Positions 22,935-33,800 of a stretch of DNA of 64,000 nucleotides are shown here, piece by piece. Each line of letters begins with the position of its first letter. The first letter of the stretch is position 1. The stretch comes from Rebecca billardiae RCC1528 (taxonomy: Eukaryota; Protista; Haptophyta). The stretch spans positions 3,100,001 through 3,164,000 of the forward strand of contig OZ251226.1 of the NCBI GenBank assembly GCA_965240325.2, written 5' to 3'. The position numbers and the translations under genes are program-made. The notes beneath the pieces were generated by a model. The model ran no database searches and was not told the DNA's origin. It saw nothing but the letters and a program-made list of their open reading frames with translations.

Positions 22935-25900
22935 TTACATGCGATACGCTTCTGCGGCAGCAGCCATTCGGTAGGCATCGACCTCAGGGCACTCAGAGAA
23001 GAGGTGGTGCTCAGTATCTGGCGCTGGATGTAGCAGTGGAGCATGATCGCAGAGGGGGCAGGCATCGCTAAATGCCGCCCCCGACTGGAATCGCACAGAG
23101 AGCAACGTCGGGTCTCGCAAGGCAGCAGGCTGCAGGAACTCATATCCGTGGTGGAGTATGTAGTAGGCAGGCACAGTGTTGGCCTGCCAGGTCCGTAGTA
23201 CGCCAGTGGAGGCCTCTGGCCACACGCCGGTCCATTCACCCACCAAGTCACAGCTGGACTTGGTGACTTGCAGGTGGGTTGCCCTTTGTGATAGCACACT
23301 GTCATACACAAGGGGCTTGATTCGGCCTGCCACTGGCTCTCCATCGGCCAGCTGTACCATTGCATGGGAACCCGCATTTGGGTGGCCACCTCTCTTGTGA
23401 GTCACACAGGGGGTTGCGGGGTCAGAGCAGCAGAGCTTGGCCCCCGCATCGCTGCATGCGTTGAGCAGGGTTTTGGGGTTCATCCCTGCTTGGCGCAAAG
23501 CCGCCACACTGTGTTGGCTGACAGTGCAGTGCTGGTCCCCCGGGTTGTGTGTGAGGCTGAGGTGTCGCGCAGCAGCATCGTCAGCAGAGTGCGCCTTGAC
23601 ATGCTCGAATGAAGTGGTGCTGCCATGCCGCAAGCGGCGCCAGCCCACCAGGCTCATGACCCTGGCGATGTATGGGGCGTACGCGTGGTGCCCCTGCCGA
23701 AGCCGTCGGTCCCAGGGGTCGTTTTGCCACATTTCGGCGGCCTTTACCATTTCCTGCAGGTCAGTGCACACCAGCAGGTTGGCGGTGGGGTCTATCTGCA
23801 CCAATGCATCTGTGATGGCCATGAATTCGGCTGGGCCTGGTGCCTGGTGCCCCGCGAACTTGGAGCAATACACATGCACAGGGGCAGTGTAATTGTTGCC
23901 GTTGAAGAAGGAAAAGGCACACGCGGCCTGCCCGTTCTCTGCATCGAATGAGCCGTCCGTGGCCACCATTAGCATGCCAGGCACAGGAAGTGCAGGCAGA
24001 TGGCGGGGATTGGGTGGATCACAGACAGTACGCTTGGCGGCAGGCACGTGCCCCAGGTACCTGTAGTAGCTCTGGTCGGTCAGGACTGCCCTCAGCATAT
24101 CCCTCACTGCCAGTATCACCGCCGGGCGGGACCTATGTGGCAGTGAGGACAGCTCCGCATAGAACGCAGTGGAGACCATCTGTCTTGGTGGCTGTTGCAT
24201 GAGCACACCTAGCAACACGTGCTGGGTACCGTCCACCAGTGAGTGCTCGATCCGGCTGAGCATCTCTCCGTTCGCGTCAGGAAGGCCGTGTGGTGCCAAG
24301 CAGGGGAGGGCAGCTGCCCCTGGCATTGCGGCGAGTCTTGTATATGCCCTGTGGGTCCGGTTTGTGGCCAGCATCCCGAGCCCGGGGGCCAGCTGCTGCA
24401 TCAGCTTGCTGCCGAGATTCACTTCGGATGGGAGCAGTGCCCACCCCATGCGTCGTACAGAATTTCTCCCGGTGACGATGGTGGAGGCAAATGTAGAGGC
24501 GCCGCGTACGCGCGCCCGTGCTGGGTGCTCTACTGATTGCAGGGCACCCATGGCTGCCATGGACGTGCGCGCACATAGCCCACATGGGTCATCTGCCAGG
24601 AAGTGGTAGTACGCGTGTGCCTGGACACTCTCCAGGTGCGCATGTAGATTGATGAGGCCTAGGCCCAGGAACTGGGGAGGAAAGCACGCTGCCTCGTATG
24701 CGATGCGCCCTGGCAGGGCAGCACTCCTGACCACTGGCTCCACCATGAGGCTTTGCAGCTGGTTGAGTCTGCCCCTGGACATGCCAACCACCTCGTAGAA
24801 GTAGAATAATATCGACGTGACATCCCACACAGTGAGCAGCTTTTTGGTCTCGGTGCAGCAGTCAGCTGCCTGCACCCGCGCGGCGGCTTTGGCCACTCTG
24901 GCCTTGAGACTGGCGAACATCCTGTCAGTTGCCAGATGAATGTTGGTCACCACCCCTGCATACGTGAAGTATTCGCCATCCTGCAACGTGTCTATGAGAG
25001 CAGCTTGTCCAGTTGCCCTGTTGATGACCTGTATTGGGTCCACCTGTGCGTGCCCAGGGGGCACATACACTGCCACCTTGGATTTGGGGTAGTTGGGCTC
25101 CATATCATAGTACCACAAAAAGTCGACGAGGTCCTGCATCATGGCTGTGATGTCTGCTCTGCTGTGCGCGTACAAATTGATATCGTCCATGATAGCAGTG
25201 GCCACCACTGTCACCTGCCCTGCAGCAGCGTCCGCGTCGTCTGAGCTGCATTTGGACTGTACATGGTACCCGCCATGCCTGCTCTTCAGGTACCTGAGGA
25301 ACATGTTGATGAACAGGCAGAACTTAGTGGAGCTAGCAGGGTCACCTTGCTTCGTGCCACACCGTAAGCGTACACTATCAGTGGGCCCATATGGCGTCCT
25401 CACCACCACATCATGCCCCTCTCCTAAGGAGCGCATGAGGGTATAAAACATGGCTGGGTACCCATGGCTGCGGAAGCCATCCTCAATGCCTTGGTATGGC
25501 ACAGTGTCGAAGGCTTTTTGAATGTCCATCAGTGCACAAAACAGCGTGCGCCGGGAACGGTGTGCATCGGCCACCACATTGGCAAAGACAGCGACTTGCT
25601 GTACCACTTGCCCACCCTCTCTGCTGGCAGCCTGTTCCGGCTCGATTAGCCTGAGCCTGTCGGACGCAGCTTGCATGACGTTGTTTTGGTGTCTTGCCAT
25701 GATTTTGTACACCACACTGTTGAGTGTTATGCCCCTGTAATTCCCGAGCACGTGCATATCCCAGTGCTTGTGTAGTGAGACAACCTCCCCTTGCTGGAGT
25801 CCGTCCAGAAGAGTCCCTGTCGCGTACATGACTGCGCAGAGATTAGATATAATAGTGGCGATCGGGCCAGGGTGTCCTGTCCCCTGTCCCCTGGCTGCCC

Positions 25901-28031
25901 CCTGCTGGGCACCGGTCTGCTGTGCAGCGTGCTGCCTGTGTGTGCGCGTGCCGCTTGGCAGTACAGGCTCGTCGCGCTCGGCATGGTGGCCTTCCAAGAG
26001 CTTGAGTACATTGTACTGTATGCCATCTGGACCAGGTGCCGAGTTGCCTCCCACCTCAGATGTGATGATGTGCCGTATTTGCGCGGGGGTGGGTGGCGTT
26101 CCGAGGGCGGTGACATATGCGTCCCCCGGATCAGTATGCCATGCGGCCCTAATGTCGTGCCACATATGACCTCCAGCGTGCCAAGGAGGCCTGCCCCCGG
26201 GCCGAGTGTATTGTCGCTCCAGAAGGCCCTGGTAGTGCCCCCTGTACTCCGATTTCACATCGTCAACGCTGGTGGCCAGTGCCCCATCGCTCCTTCTGAC
26301 GATGGTAGGCAGTGTGATGGGGTCCTTGGCATACACCATGACACGCAATTTATGCGAGTTCTTTTTGGTCTCAACCTTGACTTTGGCGAACCACGCCCTC
26401 TTTTGTTCCTCGGCCTGCTGCTGCCACACAGCTTTCACTTGCGCGCGGCTCGTCCTGCATTGCTGCTGCACGATTTGTCTCCAGCGCTGGTGGGACAGAA
26501 ATGGCCCTACCGGCACCTGTCCGTGAGGCCCCATTGCCACTTGTATCCAGTGCTGGGACTGTGCAGCTCCAGTGCCCCAGGTCCGCTCGTACCTGCGCAC
26601 TGCTCTGCGCACTGCTGGACCAGCTGGCAGCCCAGCAGCTGCTCTGTTAGCCAGAATATCGCCTGCATGCAGCGCAGCAGAAGCAGCATCTGCTTTGGAT
26701 TTGTGTTGACCCGCTGCTGCGCCCGCTGTGGCTGGTCGGATCTTCAGGGGCGTGTCTGGTTGTCCGTCATATACACTGGGTTGCTCCAGTACAGTTGCCA
26801 TGTCCCTGGTGGCCAGTGTGGTCAGGTGTCTCAGCGTTGTCAGCGCAGTGGCTGCTGTCGTCACCAGCGAAGGTTGCACCAGCATATGTGCCGGCACTGG
26901 GGCCTCAGCAAAGTCCGCAATGTGTAGTGGCAGGCCATCCATCCACATCGCAAGCAGCTGTTTGGCTTTATTCCAGTCAGGTGACGTCTTTCCCAGGTCC
27001 ACGCGTATGTGCCTGGGAGGTTGCACTGGTGAGGCCAGTACTGCAGCAGCGCTGCGCAGTGCCACCGAGTGAATCCGGCCATATATTGGGACGTGTGCTC
27101 CTGGCATTCGCAGGGTGGCCTTTTCCGATATGTCCATGTGTCCGGTGTGCCCAACTGTGTCCATGTTGGAGAATATGTAGTCAATCACAGATCGATCCGC
27201 CCCATTGCCGTCCTCCCTGTGTGCAGTGATGAATGTGGGCCTTTCGAGCGTGTCCCATCGTGTGGTGCTGGGTATTTGGTTGAAGAGGTGGTCAGGGTCT
27301 GTCATGTATGTGCGGAACACTACCTTGGGGGTAGCCCCCTCCCCTGCGTTGCTGTCGTGCATGTGCCCATTTCCATCGCATGCTACCAATTGCAGCCTGG
27401 CAGCATGCCTGGCTATGTGCACAGCATGAGTCCGCATGTTGCCAGCTGTGGGAAGGCCTATGCATGTGCCTGTACGAAGGTGGTTGACTATGTGTGGAAG
27501 CAGCAGGTGCTGCCGTTCCTCATCATGCGGGTTGTAGAAGCAGCACACCCACATGGGGACAGCCTGCCCATTGCCCCTGCAGAGCGTGATTTCACCCGAA
27601 ATGATGTGCCCTGCCAGCTCTGGGTATAGTATTTCCCTGCCTCTGCACACACTGTTGAGGTGGAGCGATTTGGGTGCACCCACGTGTGCCTTGCGTACCA
27701 GGATGGCACACCCGGCCCTGGCACCTTTTTCGCCCTTGCGCCTGTCGCGGGCGTGCTCTGCATGTACTGTGTACTCCGGGAACGACTTGGCCCACCGCAC
27801 TACCTGATGCGCAGGCATTTGGGTCTCCACCAAAAAGACAATATCAGGTGTCCCCACTGCTCGAATCCAAGTGGCGATGTCGTCCCGCCGGACAGAGGGG
27901 TCAGCCCCACCTGCTCCCCCAACATTGCAGTATGCATACGAGATGTCAGCATGGCTGTATTGGTAGCCCTGCTGCATTGGCGCTGCTGCTGCACCAGCAA
28001 CACCTGGGCCTGCATCACCCTGTCCTATCAT
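22935..28031 (-). CDS. Retrotransposon polyprotein: AP endonuclease, reverse transcriptase, RNase H, zinc finger
   Basis: APE: YCNVGG, DIVFLVET, YNP, DGNGH, SVIDYIF, HVPI. RT: SAPGPDGI, NYRGITL, MDIQKAFDTVP, GTKQGDPAS, IMDDI. RNase H: ATDGS, AEFMA, CTD, HVKAHS, N..SDAGAK. Zinc finger: CPLC..HLFSEC. Confidence 0.93.
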   Translation of the reverse strand: MIGQGDAGPGVAGAAAAPMQQGYQYSHADISYAYCNVGGAGGADPSVRRDDIATWIRAVGTPDIVFLVETQMPAHQVVRWAKSFPEYTVHAEHARDRRKGEKGARAGCAILVRKAHVGAPKSLHLNSVCRGREILYPELAGHIISGEITLCRGNGQAVPMWVCCFYNPHDEERQHLLLPHIVNHLRTGTCIGLPTAGNMRTHAVHIARHAARLQLVACDGNGHMHDSNAGEGATPKVVFRTYMTDPDHLFNQIPSTTRWDTLERPTFITAHREDGNGADRSVIDYIFSNMDTVGHTGHMDISEKATLRMPGAHVPIYGRIHSVALRSAAAVLASPVQPPRHIRVDLGKTSPDWNKAKQLLAMWMDGLPLHIADFAEAPVPAHMLVQPSLVTTAATALTTLRHLTTLATRDMATVLEQPSVYDGQPDTPLKIRPATAGAAAGQHKSKADAASAALHAGDILANRAAAGLPAGPAVRRAVRRYERTWGTGAAQSQHWIQVAMGPHGQVPVGPFLSHQRWRQIVQQQCRTSRAQVKAVWQQQAEEQKRAWFAKVKVETKKNSHKLRVMVYAKDPITLPTIVRRSDGALATSVDDVKSEYRGHYQGLLERQYTRPGGRPPWHAGGHMWHDIRAAWHTDPGDAYVTALGTPPTPAQIRHIITSEVGGNSAPGPDGIQYNVLKLLEGHHAERDEPVLPSGTRTHRQHAAQQTGAQQGAARGQGTGHPGPIATIISNLCAVMYATGTLLDGLQQGEVVSLHKHWDMHVLGNYRGITLNSVVYKIMARHQNNVMQAASDRLRLIEPEQAASREGGQVVQQVAVFANVVADAHRSRRTLFCALMDIQKAFDTVPYQGIEDGFRSHGYPAMFYTLMRSLGEGHDVVVRTPYGPTDSVRLRCGTKQGDPASSTKFCLFINMFLRYLKSRHGGYHVQSKCSSDDADAAAGQVTVVATAIMDDINLYAHSRADITAMMQDLVDFLWYYDMEPNYPKSKVAVYVPPGHAQVDPIQVINRATGQAALIDTLQDGEYFTYAGVVTNIHLATDRMFASLKARVAKAAARVQAADCCTETKKLLTVWDVTSILFYFYEVVGMSRGRLNQLQSLMVEPVVRSAALPGRIAYEAACFPPQFLGLGLINLHAHLESVQAHAYYHFLADDPCGLCARTSMAAMGALQSVEHPARARVRGASTFASTIVTGRNSVRRMGWALLPSEVNLGSKLMQQLAPGLGMLATNRTHRAYTRLAAMPGAAALPCLAPHGLPDANGEMLSRIEHSLVDGTQHVLLGVLMQQPPRQMVSTAFYAELSSLPHRSRPAVILAVRDMLRAVLTDQSYYRYLGHVPAAKRTVCDPPNPRHLPALPVPGMLMVATDGSFDAENGQAACAFSFFNGNNYTAPVHVYCSKFAGHQAPGPAEFMAITDALVQIDPTANLLVCTDLQEMVKAAEMWQNDPWDRRLRQGHHAYAPYIARVMSLVGWRRLRHGSTTSFEHVKAHSADDAAARHLSLTHNPGDQHCTVSQHSVAALRQAGMNPKTLLNACSDAGAKLCCSDPATPCVTHKRGGHPNAGSHAMVQLADGEPVAGRIKPLVYDSVLSQRATHLQVTKSSCDLVGEWTGVWPEASTGVLRTWQANTVPAYYILHHGYEFLQPAALRDPTLLSVRFQSGAAFSDACPLCDHAPLLHPAPDTEHHLFSECPEVDAYRMAAAAEAYRM

Positions 28032-28298
28032 CAGTGCTTGCGCAGCAGCCGCATACTATATCATCTGTGAGTGTACCCGACTGTGGCCTCACTTTGAGAC
28101 CTGCAGGTTGGACATGCCTGCCTTTTTTACGGCGGCCCGCCGGCTGACTGATAGTGTCTGGGACATGGGGGCCTGCCCGCATGTACTGCAAGTGCATAGT
28201 GCATTCTCCTTTCTTGTCACTGTCAGTCACTGTGCGCTTGTTGAGTATGCTGGGCACAGGGTGTGTCTGGAGACGTCCCTCGGACCCGGTGAAGGTGG

Positions 28299-28748
28299 TA
28301 CGACCGGGACCGCTAGTCCCGGTCGCCCCTTGGCGCGAGGCAGAGCCGCTAGCTCCGCCCCTGCCGTCAAAGCAGTTGTGGCAGGTGATGTTGGCCTTGG
28401 TCTCATCAATGCGTTCGTTGAGCATGTTGGCCGTAGTGTGCGTGGGGAGAGTGCCCGCGCCATCGGTGGGGGTGGGGCGACCGGGACCGCTAGCCCCGGT
28501 CGCCCCTTGGCGCGAGGCAGAGCCGCGAGCTCCGCCCCTGCCATCAGAGAGGTTGCTGCCGGTCATGTCTGCCTTGGTCTCATCAATGCGTTCGTTGAGC
28601 ATGTTGGTCGCAGTGTGCGTGGGGCGAGTGCCCGCGCCACCGGTGGGAGTGGGGCGACCGGGACCACTAGCCCAGGTCGTCCCCTGGCGCGAGGCAGAGC
28701 CGCGAGCTCCGCCCCTGCCATCAGAGAGGTTGCTGCCGGTCATGTCGG
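28299..28748. repeat. 177-bp (59-codon) tandem repeat, about 2.5 copies, in the 5' part of the LINE
   Basis: CGACCGGGAC recurs at 28301, 28478 and 28655; repeated peptide DGRGGARGSASRQG..GPGRPT..NMLNERIDETKA. Confidence 0.9.
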
Positions 28749-29187
28749 CCGTGTGCTCGGCCCATACGACATTGTGCCGTTCATCGTCTGGGAGGTCGGT
28801 GTGCACCGTAGGCGTCGGTGCGTGTTGTGACTCGTCGACGTCCATGCCGTCTACGACACCCTGCGCGGACGTCACGCCCGGCGCCCGCCACGCCGGGGTG
28901 CCTCGCGCGCGTGCGTGCAGGGGGGCGGCTGGGGTAACTGACGATGGGGTCGGCTCGTGACTGTGAATGTGAAGCCGATAGTAGGTAGTTCCGTTCTGCC
29001 TAAAGTATGATGGGGATCGCTTCGTAAGTATGAGGTGGTCAAATGTTGCAGAATGTGATCTATGACGTACCGCTCTACAATTACGGCAATACAGGCTCGT
29101 CAAATCCCAATAGTCTCGCGGTTTTGTGGGCGTGAGCGCTTCATCCCATCCGGCTGATCGCGGCGCCTCGGCCTCCTCACTGCCAGC

Positions 29188-30242
29188 ATGCTCACCAAGC
29201 GCCACATGGGAGGGCTGCTCGCGAGTGTGCTGAGCGTGGCACTCGTGGTGACTCTTTGCGTTGTCGCTTTCGCCCCTCGAACGCCGCATGTCGACGTCAT
29301 CGCGCGCGGGTCGCGTGTGGTCGCGGCCACCAAGGCGAGAGTGCTGCGCCATACACCACTCGCGCGGCACCGCTCGATCGAGAAGCAGGATGACGAGGAG
29401 GACGACGACGACGCAGAGTTCTACCAGGGCGATGCGGATCACGACGGCGTGCTCTCACCCGACGAGTTCTCCGCCATGCCCAAGTCGAACGCCGTGTTCA
29501 GGGGCAACAAGGAGCAGATTGCCCGCATGTTTGCCTTCCTCGACACCGACGGCAGCAACACGCTCAGCTTGGCGGAATTCAACGCGAGCCCGTCGGCCGA
29601 GGCGGCTCCGTGGTTCGCCAAGACTTCGATCGAAAACTTTGACGACGACGGCGACGAGCTCCTCGACGCCAAGGTGCGCGCCTCGACGGCTCGCCCGCGC
29701 CCACTGCTGCCCCTCTGTGCCGCGCCCTCGCTGACTGTGGGTGTGGCCCTGTCCTGCGCGCACAGGAGTTCTACGCGCACATGAAGGCCATGTCGACGCA
29801 GCATGAGGAGGCGCTGCCACCCGAAGCCGCAGGAGCCATGATGCGCATGGCCGACTCGGACGGCGACGGCAAGCTGAGCGCCAAAGAGTACGCTGACATG
29901 TTGTCGCGCATGGGAGACGGCGAAGAAGGCTCGGGCTCGGTCTCGCAGGGGAAGTTGTTCGACCTCAACTCGGACGGGTTCGTCGATGTGGACGAGATGA
30001 TGCAGATGATGACCGCAATGCACAGCGACGAGGAAGGCTCGGTGAATCGCGCGCACATCAAGCTCCTCCTCTGCCAGATCGATGACGTCCCACCGGTCGA
30101 CTACTCGGTGCCGGTCGAGCTGGTTGACGCGCGTATGGGTGACGACACCGCGTTCGAGCCGTCACACGCAAAGATCATGGCCTGCTACAGCGCGCTCGAC
30201 GCGAGTGAGCAGGCGGAGATCATGGCGTCCGCTGACGCATAA
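29188..30242 (+). CDS. Multi-EF-hand calcium-binding protein with N-terminal signal/TM anchor
   Basis: Exons 29188-29673 and 29766-30242. EF loops DADHDGVLSPDE, DTDGSNTLSLAE, DDDGDELLDAKE, DSDGDGKLSAKE, DLNSDGFVDVDE. Confidence 0.9.
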
Positions 30243-30811
30243 GGCGTGCACGCGAAGCCACGGCACAGCCATCGCGGCGCTGCGGCCGAGCGAGCAGTGC
30301 TCTCCCGCAGCTCGGCGGACTGGCGGCCGAGCCCGCACCCGCACCGTGAGTTGTAGCAGACTAGACGAAGTAGAAATTGATGCCTACGACTACGACATTC
30401 TCTACTGGCATCAAGCTCTCATTTGATGTGACGATGAACGTCCGACAGTAGCTCAGCCTCAGGCGGCAGGCGAGATTAAGCTGCTTTACTACTACGACAG
30501 TCTTCGAGAGTCGTAGTTAATAATGAGATTGAGAGTTCCTTAATGCTGGCGCACTTCCTGTATGTACTCTTAACTCTATACGCAGCCTGCCTTAGTAGCA
30601 GAGACTGATGAGTAGTCTGCCAGTGCCATGCTGTCATGCAGGATCCGCGCCACAGGGCACAGCCGTCGGGCGTCGCCGGTGTCTCCGCCTCGGCACTCCG
30701 GACGGCGGAGCCCGAGCCTGTCAAGTGTCAAGGGCACTGGTCGCCGGGCCGTCCATCGTGAGCAGCCGGCGCGCTCCATGCACGCCCGCTGCCTCGCCGC
30801 CGGCGGGGGCA

Positions 30812-33800
30812 TCATCCGCCGTTGGGTGCAGCCGACACACCGCTCGAGCCGCCCCCCATGGACGCGCTGCGCTCGCGCTGCTTGGCCGCGCCAGAGCTGG
30901 GCGGCAGCGTCGGCCGCGCCATCACAATGCCGCCGTGCGCGCTGTGCGCCGTGCGCGAGACGTGCATGATGGTCGACGCGCGCAGGAAGGTGGGGCGAGG
31001 CGCGTGCCACTCTGCCTCCTCGCGGCTCTGCAGCGCGGCGCTCGGCACCACCGCCGCGCTGGCCGGTCGGCTGGGCTGCGCGCGCGCCTTCTCGCCGCCG
31101 CCGCCGCCGCCGCTGCCGCGCTCTTCGGGCCGCTCCGCATCGCGGCCGGGCGGCGCGCGCCTGGCCTCGAGCGCGCGCATCAGCCACTCGACGCGGCGCC
31201 CGTCCTCCGAGCGCTGCGAGTCCAGCTTGAGCTCGCGCGCACGGCGCGGGCTGAGCGCGGGCGTGTCGCGCGCCGCGGTGGCCGAGCCGACGCGCCGTCG
31301 CGGCCGCGCGGCGCTGCGCTGCTCCTTGCTACCGGCCACGCCCAGGCCGGCGGCGGCCGGCGGCGGGGCGGGCAGCGGGCGGGCGCCGCGCGCGCCCACG
31401 GCGGAGCGCCGCCGGCGCGCGGGCGCGTCCGCCTCCCGCGGCGCGTCCGAGTCGTCGGACGACGCCGAGCCGACCGAGAGGCGGTCGTCATCGTCATGCG
31501 GCTGCTGCTGCTGCTGCTGCTGCTGCTGCGGCTGCTGCTGCGTGTGCTGCGGCTGCTGCTGCGTGTGCTGCTGCGAGAGCTGGGCGTCGCTCTCGCCGTC
31601 CGACTCGCCGCCGTCGTCGTCGGCGAGCAGCGCGCCGCCGTGCGTCGAGCGCTGCCGCGCGCGGCGCTGCTGCGCGCGCCCGGCCGGCGGCGCGCGCGCC
31701 CGGCCGCCGGGCGGCGCGCTCGGCACGCGCTGCGGTGGCCCCAGGCCGGCACGCGCCGCGCCAGCCGCGGACGGCGCGCGCGGCGCTCCGCTCGCCGGCC
31801 GCGTCGCGCCCGCGCGCGGCGCGGCGGCGGGCGGCGGCGGCGGCTCGGGCGAGTGCGCGAGGATCGGCGGGCGGTGCTCCACGGCCTGCGCCTGCAGCGC
31901 GTGCCGCATCCGCTCCACCGCCGCGCACTCGAGCTGCTCGTGAGTGCGCGGCGCCGACGCCGGCCCCTCCGAGCGGCCGACCGCTGGAAGGCACACGAGG
32001 TCGCGCAAGCTCAGCGTGAGGCGCGCGGCCTCGGCGGCGGCGAGGACGGCGGCGTCCGAGCCGCCCGGCGGCGCGCGCTCGGCGCCCGGCGCGCCCTCCT
32101 CCGCGCCCTCCGCGCCCAGCCGCACGAGGTGGTCGCGCGCGCAGCAGCCGCGCGGCGCGCCGCCGAGCGCGCTGAAGCCGTGCGCGGGCGCTCCGCAGCA
32201 GCTGAACAGCCCGTCTACGCCCTTGCTGCCGGGGTGGTGCATGCAGTGGGCGAGCGAGGCGGCGGGGAAAGTCACGCCGCAGCGCGCGCACTCGAGCGTG
32301 TGGCACAGGCCCCACAGCCGCCAGTACACGGCGCGCGCGCTCAAGCTCTCCGGGGGCTCGCGCAGGCCCCGCGCCTGCGCGGCGCGCGGCGGCGCGGAAC
32401 GGCGCGCGAGCGCGGCAGGCGGTGAGCGCAGCCGCGCGCGCGCGGCGCGCGGTGCGCCGCGCGGCGCGCAGGAGCGCGCGCGCCTCGCGCCGGCGCGCGC
32501 GTACCCACGCGCGCGCATCCCACGCGCGGTCCGGCGCGTGCACCGCGTCGAGCGCGCCCCTGTAGCCAATGGCCAGCGGCGCGCGCGCGCACTGCTCGGC
32601 GCGCAGCTGCGAGGCGGGCAGCAGCCGCGCGCAGTGCGCGCAGCGCTCGAGCCGCGGGCCGAGCTCGTCGAGCAGCCGCGGGAGGCACGCCTCGTACAGC
32701 CGCGAGGCGAGCTTGTCCTTGCGGTCGTTGAGCGCCTCGAGCATCGCCGGGCTGAAGTGCGCAGACATGCTGCGCGCGCCAAGAGCGAGAGAGCCAGGCG
32801 GGGGCGCGCGGAGAGCGGGGCGGGCACGGCGCTGAGGGCGTGGCGCGGCGTGCGCGCTGACGGGCGCGCGCGCGCGCGCGCGCGCGCGCACCGCTGCACG
32901 GCCGCGTCCGAGATGCACGACAGCTCGAGCGGCAGCTTGACGATCTGCGGCGCGTGCGCGGCCAGGAAGGCCTCGCACTGCGCCACCAGCGGCGCCATCT
33001 GCAGGAACTCGGACGAGATCAGTATGGAGACACAGTTGCCAACGTCGAGCGCGGGGCTAAGCGGCGCGGGGCCGTCGGCGTACCCGGCCGCGTGCACGTA
33101 CGCCATCAGCCACTCGAACACGACCACGTCGCAGTGCACCGAGATGTCGAGCTCGGCGGCGTCGCTCACGTGCCGCAGGTAGGCTTCAAAGTAGCGCATG
33201 TGCCGCAGCAGCAGCCCGAGCCCGCATGAGAAGTCGCGCTCGACGGCGCGCGGCTCATCGCACACGCGGATCGTGATCTGCATCTCGTCGCGCGAGGGGG
33301 GCGAGGCGGCCTGCGCAGCCGCCGCCGCCGCCGCGTCGCCACCGCCCGGCTGCTGCGGCTGCTGCGGCTGCTGCGGCTGCTGCGGCTGCTGCGGCTGCTG
33401 CGGCTGCTGCGGCTGCGCCGCCGGCTGGGGCTGCGCCGCCGCCCGCGCGTCGGCGCCCGCCGCCGCCGCCGCCGCCGCCTCAGCCTCGCGCGCGCGCGGG
33501 TGCGGGACGAGCGCGCCCGAGCCCTGCCGCTTGGGCGGCGGCGGCGGACGGCCAGCTACCCCGGCCGACCCCTGCGCCTGCGCCTGCCCGCGCACCGACG
33601 TGGCGCCGCCCAGCTCGCGGAGGGCGTCTGCGCCCGCGCCGCCGCCGCCGGCGCGCGCGCCGCCGAGGCCGTCGGCCGACCTCGCCGTGTTGGGCGGCGT
33701 GCGGTGGGCCGACGCCGGGCGCGTGCCCGGCGCGCGCGCGGCGGCGTCGTCATCGCCCCTCTCGCCGGCGCCGCCGCCAAGCGGCGCGAGCCCCCGGCTC

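Larger units (their letters stand above)
21436..29077 (-). mobile_element. Non-LTR (LINE) retrotransposon, APE-RT-RNase H-CCHC, apparently frameshifted; boundaries approximate
   Basis: Lower-GC, CpG-poor block encoding a LINE polyprotein. Possible 7-bp TSD CAATTAC at 21429-21435 and 29078-29084. Confidence 0.85.

Noticed and set aside
28850-29442. 5' part of ORF 28015..29442 as a LINE ORF1
   Set aside because: Its start is antisense to the EF-hand gene and crosses the element boundary; only the part below about 28850 plausibly belongs to the element.
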